The notes beneath the pieces are model-generated. The model searched no databases, was not told the DNA's origin, and was given only the letters and a program-made list of their open reading frames with translations. Of a stretch of 24,722 nt of DNA, positions 1-8,282 are shown piece by piece. The position numbers and the translations under genes were made by a program. This DNA is from Deinococcales bacterium (GTDB taxonomy: Bacteria; Deinococcota; Deinococci; Deinococcales; JAAFIG01). The stretch covers positions 1-24,722 of the forward strand of contig JAYWGM010000049.1 of assembly GCA_043778225.1 (NCBI GenBank). Direction: 5' to 3'. Positions within the stretch are counted from its first letter, which is position 1, and each line of letters starts with the position of its first letter.

Positions 1-2
1 GG

Positions 3-155
3 GCTGGGGTGGTCACGACGCTCGAGTTTACAGCCGATTCGGACGCGGATAAACCCACCAAATTCTTATGGGCAATGAGTGCAAGTAACAACAATGATAA
101 AGCGCCTTTGTCCAAAGACCCAGCTTTTCGGATTGATTTAAGCTGCACAAAGTAA
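3..155 (+). CDS. 3' end of a CDS entering from the left edge; C-terminus of a probable secreted protein paralogous to 21506..22339
   Basis: Open frame from the edge to TAA at 153-155: AGVVTTLEFTADSDADKPTKFLWAMSASNNNDKAPLSKDPAFRIDLSCTK*. The ending DPAFRIDLSC resembles DPSLRFKLDC of the 277-aa protein. Confidence 0.7.
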   Translation, partial: AGVVTTLEFTADSDADKPTKFLWAMSASNNNDKAPLSKDPAFRIDLSCTK

Positions 156-179
156 GATTTTTTCTTCATCTCGAGCCGT

Positions 180-185
180 TAGAAT
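180..185 (+). promoter_or_regulatory. -10 element TAGAAT of a leaderless transcript
   Basis: TAGAAT lies 5 nt before ATG 191; no Shine-Dalgarno is visible. Confidence 0.65.
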
Positions 186-190
186 AATGT

Positions 191-2629
191 ATGACTTTAA
201 CGGCTCAGGCGATTCTCGAGGTGCGCTTATTTGGCGTTCCACGGCTTTTGTTGGGCAGTATGCCAATACTTTTGCCAACCAAACGCGCTTGGGGCGTGGT
301 GGCGTTCTTGGCACTCGAGGGGGCAACTTCTCGGGATAGATTAGCCAAATTACTCTGGGATGAAGCCTTTTTTGAGAACCCACGGCGCAATCTGCGCCAA
401 GAATTGTATCGCTTAGCAAAAACACCACTGGCAGATTTTCTCGAGCTTGGCGAAACCGTGAGTTTGCGTTGCTTTTGCGATGCCCGTGATGCTCGAGATT
501 CGCAAGGTTTGATTGCCGCCGACTTCCTGCTGAGGTTTGAAGTGCTACAAGCACCCAATTTTCAAAGTTGGTTACAAATGCAGCGCGAGACTTTTTCGCG
601 GCTGCGTTTAAGCCGTTTGGAAGCTCGAGCCAAGGGTTTAAGTGGTTTAGGTGCTTTAGATGCGTGGCTCGAAGTCTTGCAAGTGGATAACTTGCGTGAA
701 ACTGCGGTACAAGCCGCCCTAAGACTCGAAGCCGAACATCTTGGACTGCATACCGCTTTGTTGCGCTATCAAGACTTTAAGATGCTCTTGAAAACCGAAC
801 TTGGACTCGAGCCGCGACCAGAAACATTGGCATTGGCGCACGAATTGGGTTTAGAAACCACCAGCCTTGCTCAGCCAAAAACCGATGTTCACCTAGAACG
901 TTTACTCGAGGCAGCAAGTTTACTGACCCAACCATTTGAAGCCCAGATGCTGCTCGATGTGACTGGCTTATCCGACTTTGAGGTTTTGGAAATCCTCGAG
1001 ATTGCTACAGCTCAGGGTTTTTTGCAGCACACCGAGTCAAAATACCGAATCCTAAACAGACAAACAAATTTAAGCACCGAACGCCAACGAATTCTCGAGC
1101 GTCGGATTGCCAAGCGTTTAATCGCCATCAGCGCCGCGCCCGAAATGATTGCAGCCCATCTCGAGCAAGCTGGTGAACGGCTCGAGGCGACCGAGAAATT
1201 TTTGGAAGCCGCCGAACTGGCAGCCCGTCAAAATCGAGTTGCTGATGCTTTTACTTATTACAATAAAGTCCTCGAGCTTAGCGAAAATACCGAGCAGCGT
1301 TTTACAGTGCTGCAAACCAGAATTATCTTGGCGCGGCGTTTGGATAACCGAATTTGGCGCGAAGCGATTCGAGATTTGGAACGCGAAGCCCGCAATCGTA
1401 CTCCTGAACATCGGGTAACAGCCGATTTACAACGAGCTTTGTGGCATTTTAGCAATGCCGAATACGATAAAGCACAAGGATTTTTTGCGCCGCACCTCGA
1501 GCGAAGCGGCAAACTGGGTGCGATGGCAGCTTATCTCCAGGGAATCGTGCTGATGAAAACTGGGCAACTGAACGAATCAGAAACGTTTTTGCGCCGAGCC
1601 TTAATCGAAAAAAATGCACTCGAGGATGTCCAAACCGCCGAGGTGCATAATGTCTTGTGTGTTCTGGCAGTGCAGCGCGGACAATTTGCAGAAGCAAAAA
1701 TCCACAATCAAGCCAGCTTAAAAGGTTTTGCACGCTCTGGGCATGAACTTGGTTTAACCAGAGCCTTGTCCACGGCTGGTGTCCTCGAGATGCTGAGTGG
1801 GCAGCACCGCGCCGCAACCCGAATGTTTAAGCGTTCACTCGAGACTGCACAAAAAATTAACGATACCGCCAGTCAAATTGCGACACTCTTAAATTTAAGT
1901 AAATCCACTTTCGAGACCATGCAATTAGAAGCAAGCCGCGATTACCTCGAGCAGGGTTTGGTGTTACTCGAGACGCATCCAGACCCAAGTTTAGCGGGTT
2001 CATATTTAATTAACTTAGCGGCGATTGAACGAATTCAATTAAAATTAGATTCGGCATGGACTCGAGTTGTGACAGCGCTTGAATTGGCTACGACTCAAAA
2101 TGCCATGCCCAAAGTTGCCAGCCGAGCCTTGGTGCTGGTCAGCATGGCGCTTGAACGCCAGCGTTACGAGCTTGCCGCCCAATACCTCGAGCTTGCGGCT
2201 GAACACATCACCCCAGAATTAGAAGCTGAACTGACCTTACAAAAAGCACATTTATCGTTGCAATCAGCCCCACAGCAAACACTGGATTTACTCGAGAACC
2301 GAATTTTTACCAACGACGACCTCGAGTACCGTGTTGCCCTGATGGCATTTGCTTATTTGAAACTCGAGCAACCAAAAAAAGCCTCTGCTGTACTTGAATT
2401 AAGCGCCTCGAGTATCTATGCACCATTGGTTCAAGCGGCGCGAATTGAAATTTATGCCGCACTTGGTACACTACAGTCCAATCATTTTGAACCTATGCCG
2501 AGCAAAACCAGTCTCCCTTTTGTGCGTCATGCGCTGACTTTAGCCTTTGCCAATCACGCCCCAGAAAAACAAAAATATCGCCATACTTTGCGGCAACTCG
2601 AGACTCAATTAGCTGCTATTCTATTTTAA
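191..2629 (+). CDS. SARP/AfsR-family transcriptional regulator (OmpR-type wHTH + BTAD + TPR repeats), apparently without the central NTPase domain
   Basis: N-terminal motifs LEVRLFGVPRL, VAFLAL, SRDRLAKLLW, RRNLRQELYRL; BTAD motif DNLRETAVQAALRL...LKTELGLEPRPET; long C-terminal TPR-like helical array. Confidence 0.85.
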   Translation: MTLTAQAILEVRLFGVPRLLLGSMPILLPTKRAWGVVAFLALEGATSRDRLAKLLWDEAFFENPRRNLRQELYRLAKTPLADFLELGETVSLRCFCDARDARDSQGLIAADFLLRFEVLQAPNFQSWLQMQRETFSRLRLSRLEARAKGLSGLGALDAWLEVLQVDNLRETAVQAALRLEAEHLGLHTALLRYQDFKMLLKTELGLEPRPETLALAHELGLETTSLAQPKTDVHLERLLEAASLLTQPFEAQMLLDVTGLSDFEVLEILEIATAQGFLQHTESKYRILNRQTNLSTERQRILERRIAKRLIAISAAPEMIAAHLEQAGERLEATEKFLEAAELAARQNRVADAFTYYNKVLELSENTEQRFTVLQTRIILARRLDNRIWREAIRDLEREARNRTPEHRVTADLQRALWHFSNAEYDKAQGFFAPHLERSGKLGAMAAYLQGIVLMKTGQLNESETFLRRALIEKNALEDVQTAEVHNVLCVLAVQRGQFAEAKIHNQASLKGFARSGHELGLTRALSTAGVLEMLSGQHRAATRMFKRSLETAQKINDTASQIATLLNLSKSTFETMQLEASRDYLEQGLVLLETHPDPSLAGSYLINLAAIERIQLKLDSAWTRVVTALELATTQNAMPKVASRALVLVSMALERQRYELAAQYLELAAEHITPELEAELTLQKAHLSLQSAPQQTLDLLENRIFTNDDLEYRVALMAFAYLKLEQPKKASAVLELSASSIYAPLVQAARIEIYAALGTLQSNHFEPMPSKTSLPFVRHALTLAFANHAPEKQKYRHTLRQLETQLAAILF

Positions 2630-3573
2630 TGCTAACCATCCGCGAATTTCAGCATGGCGATTACGAGGGGCTGTCTTGGCTCGAGAACGCCCTGACTGGT
2701 GGAGAAACCAGCCCTTACGACCTTGAGCAGCGCGACCAAGCTCGAGACCCCAACCTTGGTTTTGTGCGTTTTATTGCCACTTGGGGCTGGGGCGAAACGA
2801 TTGGCATGATTGAAGCCACCCAGCGCCCAGCGCCGTGGTACTCGAGGGGCGAAGTGCGGCTTGGGGTGCGGACAGACTTCCGGCGACGGGGCATTGGCGG
2901 GGCGCTCTTGGGCGTTCTCGAGACGATACTGCGCGAGCGTGGCTCGGATGTGATGCTGCTCTACACCGGAGAATTTGATGCGGCGATCAATTATTTTTTG
3001 TGGCACAGAGGTTATGGCGAGTCGTTTCGCGGGTTTTCGCAGTGGTTGCCGCTCGAGCAGGTCAATCCAGATGCCTACCCTGTGAACTGGCAACGCCTCA
3101 ATGCTGCCGAGGTACATTTGCGTTCGCTCAGTCAATTGCGCCACGAATGGGATTGCGCTCAAAAATTTTATGAGTTGTACTTAACCCTCGAGAGTGATGC
3201 GCCTCGAGCCGATAACGAATACTTGCCGACCAGTTTTGAAGAATTCTGCCAGAATAATTTTGACAGCCCGTCTGCCTTGCCCGATGGCGTGACGATTGCG
3301 GTGCAACATGGGCAGTACATTGGACTAAACATTCTTTACCTCGACTCGAGTGGCAAGGTTCTGCACAACGGTCTGACCGGTGTGCGCCATGATTTTCGTG
3401 GGCTGGGCTTGGCATTGGCGCTTAAACTCGAAGGAATCCGCTTTGGGCAACGCCTTGGATTTTCGGGCATCACCAGTTTTAATGCCTCGAGCAACACCGC
3501 AATTTTACGGCTCAACGAAAAATTAGGGTTTATTCGCAGTCCAGCCACAATCGAATGGCGCAAGCAGCTTTAA
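2629..3573 (+). CDS. Tandem-domain GNAT N-acetyltransferase
   Basis: Two acetyl-CoA binding motifs (VRTDFRRRGIGGALL; TGVRHDFRGLGLALALK) and C-terminal NTAILRLNEKLGF; TAATG overlap with the upstream gene. Confidence 0.9.
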   Translation: MLTIREFQHGDYEGLSWLENALTGGETSPYDLEQRDQARDPNLGFVRFIATWGWGETIGMIEATQRPAPWYSRGEVRLGVRTDFRRRGIGGALLGVLETILRERGSDVMLLYTGEFDAAINYFLWHRGYGESFRGFSQWLPLEQVNPDAYPVNWQRLNAAEVHLRSLSQLRHEWDCAQKFYELYLTLESDAPRADNEYLPTSFEEFCQNNFDSPSALPDGVTIAVQHGQYIGLNILYLDSSGKVLHNGLTGVRHDFRGLGLALALKLEGIRFGQRLGFSGITSFNASSNTAILRLNEKLGFIRSPATIEWRKQL

Positions 3574-3902
3574 TTGAGTTTCTCGAGGTCTGATAAGGCT
3601 CGAGTTTCCACATCGGGCGAGATACGAGTTTCCACATCGGGCAAGATACGAGTTTCCACATCGGGCAACATCAAACTCTGTTCTGCCAAACGCGCTTCAA
3701 ACAGCACATCCACGACCCTCAGCCAACGCCCCAGCCACTCGCGCATGACTTCAGCCCGACGGGCTAAACCGATGGCTTCGAGCGCATCACAAACAATCTC
3801 GAGCCGCCCCGCCATGATTTCGGCATAACGACTGGCATCCTCGAGTTCTGTACCAAGCTCGAGTTGGGTTATTTCACAGCGAATACGATTCACCACCACC
3901 AC
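3570..3902 (-). CDS. Small hypothetical helical protein with a C-terminal 8-aa repeat (PDVETR x3); true start possibly GTG 3896
   Basis: 110-aa ORF filling the gap between two genes; -10 TAGGCT (3908-3903) is 6 nt upstream of GTG 3896. Confidence 0.6.
   Translation of the reverse strand: MVVVNRIRCEITQLELGTELEDASRYAEIMAGRLEIVCDALEAIGLARRAEVMREWLGRWLRVVDVLFEARLAEQSLMLPDVETRILPDVETRISPDVETRALSDLEKLN
3601..3668. repeat. 24-bp tandem repeat, about 2.8 copies (CGAGTTTCCACATCGGGCRAGATA)
   Basis: Units start at 3601, 3625 and 3649 and are in frame in the minus-strand ORF. Confidence 0.9.
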
Positions 3903-4003
3903 AGCCTACAATAAAGCCAGACTTGACAAAAGCAAATTGTGTCGCCAAAGACCCAGTGTGCAAATCCGCGCCATAAAATCCAATTCTCGAGTAAACTAGG
4001 TCT

Positions 4004-5254
4004 GTGCCTGCCAGCCCCCTCGAGCAACTGACCCAAATCGCTTCTTTGCTGCCACCACAAGTGGGCAGTCGGGTGCGTACCATTGCCCGTGAACTCGAGG
4101 CAGAGCGCAGTGCGCTGACCGCATTTCAAAGCCTTGGCATGAAACTCAGTGGGGTGCGCGATTCTTTTGATGTGATTACGCTTTTTCAAGATATGCTGAC
4201 CGAAGCCGTGCGCCTGATGCAAGCCGACCGTGGAGCGCTTGCCTTGGTCGAAGATGGGGCAGTGCGAGTGGTGGACAGTTGCTCCAAAGATTCGCATGAA
4301 GAAGTTCAGGTCTCGAGAACATTGCTTGAGCGGGTCGTGACCACCAAGCAAAGCATCATCACCACCAATGTCCAAGAAGAGATGGGACACAGCGCCTCGG
4401 AAAGCATTTTGGCACTTGATATTCGCAGTGTCTTGGCAGTCCCACTCCGCGCCCGAGACGATGTGATTGGGGTTTTATATGTGGATACGCAGTTCACCCA
4501 AAGGGCTTTTACCGAATCCGACTCGAGTATTCTTAACGGCTTTGCGGCACAAGCTGGCGTGGCTGTTACCCTAGCCCGAAGTATTCAACAAGAACACGAA
4601 AATTATGTCAGTTTGGTCAAGACGATGTTGTCCACACTCGAGGCTCGAGACGAGTACACCGCCGGTCATTCGGATAGGGTCGGTTTTTATACCAAAAAGT
4701 TAGCAGAAAGACTGGGCTGGGCTGCTGCTGACCTCGAGCGAGCCTTATTTGCTGGCTTTGTTCACGACATCGGCAAAATTGGCATCCGCGATGTCTATTT
4801 GCACAAAACTGGAAATCTCAGCCCCGAAGAACGCAAAATTCTCGAGCAACATACTGTGATTGGCGAAAAGCTACTTCGCAACAACACCAAAGGTTTTGAA
4901 GGGATTCTGTCTTCAATTCGCTCGCACCACGAACGCTGGGATGGCACGGGCTACCCCGATGGATTATCTGGCGAGACCATTCCGCTACTGGCGCGTATGG
5001 TTGGCATTTCCGATGCCTTTGATGCCATGACCACTGCCCGCCCCTACAGCACCCCAAAATCTTGGGAACAAACCTTTGAAATTTTGACCAAGGACATCGG
5101 TACACATTTTGACCCTTTCCTTGTGCCGCTTTTTATCGAAGCCCTGTCCGACGAAAAAGTCTCCAATGCCGTTTTGGAAATGAACCGAAGCGGCGAACTC
5201 GACCGCAATGTGATTGCGACTTTGATTGCCCAACACGACATAAAAGCAGGGTAA
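4004..5254 (+). CDS. GAF + HD-GYP domain phosphodiesterase (putative c-di-GMP PDE)
   Basis: GAF motif IRSVLAVPLRARDDVIGVLYVD; HD-GYP motifs EARDEYTAGHSDRV, HDIGKI, HHERWDGTGYPDGL, DAFDAMTTARPY; leaderless -10 TAAACT at 3992-3997. Confidence 0.92.
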   Translation: MPASPLEQLTQIASLLPPQVGSRVRTIARELEAERSALTAFQSLGMKLSGVRDSFDVITLFQDMLTEAVRLMQADRGALALVEDGAVRVVDSCSKDSHEEVQVSRTLLERVVTTKQSIITTNVQEEMGHSASESILALDIRSVLAVPLRARDDVIGVLYVDTQFTQRAFTESDSSILNGFAAQAGVAVTLARSIQQEHENYVSLVKTMLSTLEARDEYTAGHSDRVGFYTKKLAERLGWAAADLERALFAGFVHDIGKIGIRDVYLHKTGNLSPEERKILEQHTVIGEKLLRNNTKGFEGILSSIRSHHERWDGTGYPDGLSGETIPLLARMVGISDAFDAMTTARPYSTPKSWEQTFEILTKDIGTHFDPFLVPLFIEALSDEKVSNAVLEMNRSGELDRNVIATLIAQHDIKAG

Positions 5255-5356
5255 AAAAGGCAGGGTAAAAAGGGGAAAAGGACAAAAGGTTAAATCACTT
5301 TACTTTTGACCTTTTCACCCTTTGACCTTTTCACCCTTTGACCTTTTCACCCTGCC
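5246..5356. repeat. Intergenic short tandem repeats with terminal inverted repeat between convergent genes (probable terminator hairpin)
   Basis: TTTGACCTTTTCACCC x3 at 5305-5352; GCAGGGTAAAAA x2 at 5246 and 5260; GGCAGGGTAAAAAGG (5259-5273) pairs 14/15 with CCTTTTCACCCTGCC (5342-5356). Confidence 0.8.
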
Positions 5357-5361
5357 CTTCT

Positions 5362-6237
5362 TCACTGCCAGACGCGCAGGGCTTTGAGGCTCGAGCCGTC
5401 GCCGTCGGCAATCGCAATCAGAACGCCTTCATGGGTTATGGTCAGCCGCCCTTGGTCTTGGCTCGAGATTCGTTTGCCGTCTTTGAGGTCTCGGGCGGCT
5501 TTGGCGTTCAATTCTAAAACTGGGTACTCGAGGGCGGTTAAATCTGACAGTCCAAGGCTTGACTCAAGTTGCTCGAGCGAGGTGGCTTGGGACAGGTTAA
5601 ATTTGCCGACTCGAGTCCGCACCAAACCACCCAAATGCGCCACTGTGCCAAGTGCAAGACCAATATCTCGGGCAAGGCTGCGAATGTATGTGCCACTCGA
5701 GACACTAATTTCGAGTTTGAGGGTAGCAAAATCACCTAAGGCTTGGGGGAAATTGGCTCGGTCACGCATGGTTGGCAGTGTCTCGAGGTAGCGCAAAACC
5801 GAAATAGTTACCGCTCGAGGCTCGAGTTTGACTTCTTTTCCAGCCCTTGCGAGGTCGTAGGCACGTTGTCCGTTGATGTGAATGGCGCTGTAATCTGGCG
5901 GAAGCTGCATCAGTTGTCCCCGAAATTGCTGCAAGACTTGCTCCAGGTGGGCTGGATTAAATTCTGGGACTGGTTTTTGCTCGAGAATTGGTCCCTCGGC
6001 ATCGAGGGTTGGGGTACTTGCGCCAAGGCTGATAAACCCCAAATAATCTTTATCGGCAATCTCGAGGTACGGCACAAGTTTGGTGCTTTCGTTGGTCAGC
6101 AGCACCAGTACGCCAGTTGCCAGTGGGTCGAGTGTTCCAGTGTGTCCGATGCGTTTTGTACCAAGTAACTTTCTGGCTCGTGCCACAACATCAAACGAAG
6201 TCCAACCCAAGGGTTTATCCACAATAAAAACAGCCAC
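5362..6237 (-). CDS. truB: tRNA pseudouridine(55) synthase TruB
   Basis: Motifs DKPLGWTSFDVV, GHTGTLDPLATGVL, PPDYSAIHINGQRAYDLAR, SSGTYIRSLARDIG; leaderless -10 TAAGAT 5 nt upstream. Confidence 0.97.
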   Translation of the reverse strand: MAVFIVDKPLGWTSFDVVARARKLLGTKRIGHTGTLDPLATGVLVLLTNESTKLVPYLEIADKDYLGFISLGASTPTLDAEGPILEQKPVPEFNPAHLEQVLQQFRGQLMQLPPDYSAIHINGQRAYDLARAGKEVKLEPRAVTISVLRYLETLPTMRDRANFPQALGDFATLKLEISVSSGTYIRSLARDIGLALGTVAHLGGLVRTRVGKFNLSQATSLEQLESSLGLSDLTALEYPVLELNAKAARDLKDGKRISSQDQGRLTITHEGVLIAIADGDGSSLKALRVWQ

Positions 6238-6275
6238 ACTGCATCTTAACCCTCAAATCAAGGCTATACTTTGGT

Positions 6276-7445
6276 ATGAAATGGTTTCTGGGCATGGCAG
6301 CATTGGCATTTGGCGCTTTGGCGCTTGGAGAATCTGTTTCGGTGGTGCGTTTAGCTGTAGCCGCGCCACTGTCGGGTGGACAAGCCAAGACCGGCAACAC
6401 GATTCGTGATGGCGCACGGTTGGCAGTCCAAGAAGCCCAAGCCCGATTTACAAAACTTGGCTTAAAACTCGAGTTTATCGCCATGGATGACCAAGGTGTT
6501 CCAGCCACAGGGGCAGTCGTGGCAAGAAAATTGGTTCAGGATGCCAGTGTGCTGGGTGTGGTCGGTCATATGAACAGTGGTGTAACACTCGAGACCTTAC
6601 CAATTTATGCCCCGAGCAACTTAGCCCTTGTTTCGCCCTCAAACACCAATCCTCGAGTCACCGACCAAGGTTTAGCCAACATCAACCGAGTCTGTGGGCG
6701 CGATGATGTCCAAGGACCTGTGGCTGCCGAATTTATTCGCAGTACCTTAAAAGCACGGCGGGTGCTGGTGATTAACGATGGCGAAGCCTATGGGCTTGGA
6801 ATTACACAGGCATTTACAAAACGTGCCAAAACACTCGGTTTAGCAGTGGTGGGGTTTATCAGTAATCCTGTTGGTGTCCTGAGCAGCCAATCTTTAAGCG
6901 CCGTGACGCAACAAATTAAACTCTATAACCCAGAAGTGGTCTATTATGGCGGCACAGAGGTACAAGGCGCAGAAATTATCAAGATGATGGTGGCGAGTAA
7001 AGTTAAAGCGCTTATGGTTGGACCAGATGGCTTGGACAATTCTAATTTTGTGCAAACGGCTGGAGCGGCGGCGGCGGGAGTCTATTTTACGTCGACGGCG
7101 GGTCCAATTTCGCAGTTGCGCGGGCGCGATGTCAAAGGCTTTGTAAGTCGCTATAATACTATTTTTAAGACCAACCCAGAAACCTATTCGCCCTATGCTT
7201 ACGATGCTGCTTCGATGTTGCTCGAGGCAATCAGCACCATTTACAAAAACAATAAAAAACTGCCAACTCGAGCCGAGGTTGCCTTAGCAGTGCGTGGTCT
7301 CGAGTGGGATGGCGTGACTGGTCGGATTCGCCTCAATGCCAATGGCGACCGCCAGACAGCCGATTATTATGTTTTGCAGTACAAAACCGCCAAATACCCC
7401 GGCGAGATTGTCAAAGCCATTCAGAGCGCTCCGCCAACCAAGTAA
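6276..7445 (+). CDS. Branched-chain amino acid ABC transporter substrate-binding protein (LivJ/LivK family)
   Basis: Signal peptide; motifs APLSG, VVGHMNSGV, RVCGRDDVQG, AYGLG, YAYDAA; leaderless -10 TATACT at 6265-6270. Confidence 0.9.
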   Translation: MKWFLGMAALAFGALALGESVSVVRLAVAAPLSGGQAKTGNTIRDGARLAVQEAQARFTKLGLKLEFIAMDDQGVPATGAVVARKLVQDASVLGVVGHMNSGVTLETLPIYAPSNLALVSPSNTNPRVTDQGLANINRVCGRDDVQGPVAAEFIRSTLKARRVLVINDGEAYGLGITQAFTKRAKTLGLAVVGFISNPVGVLSSQSLSAVTQQIKLYNPEVVYYGGTEVQGAEIIKMMVASKVKALMVGPDGLDNSNFVQTAGAAAAGVYFTSTAGPISQLRGRDVKGFVSRYNTIFKTNPETYSPYAYDAASMLLEAISTIYKNNKKLPTRAEVALAVRGLEWDGVTGRIRLNANGDRQTADYYVLQYKTAKYPGEIVKAIQSAPPTK

Positions 7446-7447
7446 AA

Positions 7448-7475
7448 TTGCCCTCGGCTTTGTTGATGTTACAAT
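7448..7475 (+). promoter_or_regulatory. Sigma-70-type promoter for the redoxin-like gene
   Basis: TTGCCC-16 nt-TACAAT with extended TG; SD AGGAGA before ATG 7499. Confidence 0.55.
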
Positions 7476-7498
7476 GCTTGGGTTTTATAAGGAGATTT

Positions 7499-8008
7499 AT
7501 GCAAATTCTTGAAGCGGGTACTCTTGCCCCGCAGTTTGTGACCACCGATTTGAACGGCAATACACTCGACCTGAGCGCTGCCCTCGCCACCGCCCCTGTG
7601 CTGTTGGTCTTTGCCCATCCAATCATCAATGCCAGCCGTTTGGTGGTTGGTTATTTGCGGCGCTGGGCAGAAATTGCGCCGAGTGTACCAGTTTGGGTGC
7701 TGTCTGAAGGGCGGCTCGAGGAAACCAAAACCTATGTCGGCGAAGGCGAGGGCTTGTACCTCAAAATGCCAGTCACGCACGATAACTGCGCGGTTGCCGG
7801 CTTGTATGGTGCAAAGTTTTTACCAACCATGTACCTGATTGGTACGAACGGCACAATTATTCGTGGCTATTCTGGTTTTAACCGCGACTTTTTGAACTGG
7901 GCTGCTTCGGAAGCCGCCCGTTTGACTGGCGGCAAAGCCAAAGACCTGATTAGCGACGGCGACAATAAGGGTTTCTACGAGTTAGCCGAGCGTGGACCCT
8001 GCACATGA
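7499..8008 (+). CDS. Redoxin/AhpC-TSA (thioredoxin-fold) protein lacking the CxxC motif; start revised to ATG 7499
   Basis: Motifs GTLAPQFVTTDLNG, PVLLVF, YGAKFLPTMYLIGTNGTI; AGGAGA SD upstream of 7499. The longer ORF start at 7304 overlaps the livJ-like gene. Confidence 0.8.
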   Translation: MQILEAGTLAPQFVTTDLNGNTLDLSAALATAPVLLVFAHPIINASRLVVGYLRRWAEIAPSVPVWVLSEGRLEETKTYVGEGEGLYLKMPVTHDNCAVAGLYGAKFLPTMYLIGTNGTIIRGYSGFNRDFLNWAASEAARLTGGKAKDLISDGDNKGFYELAERGPCT

Positions 8009-8175
8009 CCAGCCTAATTTTAGGGGTGGCACTGTTGGGTTTTGGGATTTTTTACTTTGCGATGCTCCCCAAAGTGCCAGCCGTGCAAAAAAATATGATG
8101 CGAATTTTGGCGGCGGTCAACACCGTTGGCGGCATTGCGGTTCTAACAATGGTGATGCTTGGTATCATGAAATAG
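8005..8175 (+). CDS. Small 56-aa membrane protein with two hydrophobic helices (not in ORF track)
   Basis: ATGA overlap with the redoxin stop; MTSLILGVALLGFGIFYFAMLPKVPAVQKNMMRILAAVNTVGGIAVLTMVMLGIMK*. Confidence 0.75.
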   Translation: MTSLILGVALLGFGIFYFAMLPKVPAVQKNMMRILAAVNTVGGIAVLTMVMLGIMK

Positions 8176-8235
8176 GCTCGAACTTAGGCGCTACAAAGCC
8201 CCTTTTGCTAAAGTTAATGCTTAGTGGCTCGAGAA

Positions 8236-8280
8236 TAAAAGCACTTCATGGGCAGCCAAGCCACCCATGAAGTGCTTTTA
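8236..8280. terminator. Bidirectional intrinsic terminator
   Basis: Perfect 17-bp inverted repeat TAAAAGCACTTCATGGG-N11-CCCATGAAGTGCTTTTA between convergent genes. Confidence 0.88.
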
Positions 8281-8282
8281 CT

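Noticed and set aside
191..2629. CTCGAG sites as binding sites for the SARP regulator (some Streptomyces SARP boxes contain TCGAG)
   Set aside because: The sites are mostly intragenic, ubiquitous and not arranged as 11-bp-spaced promoter repeats; the resemblance is probably coincidental.
8000..8017. TGA after GPCT as a selenocysteine codon
   Set aside because: The TGA is part of an ATGA overlap starting the next gene, read-through would add only three residues, and no SECIS-like hairpin is evident.
7992..8270. 92-aa plus-strand ORF in the ORF track
   Set aside because: Alternative frame of the better-supported 56-aa membrane ORF at 8005-8175, and it runs into the terminator.
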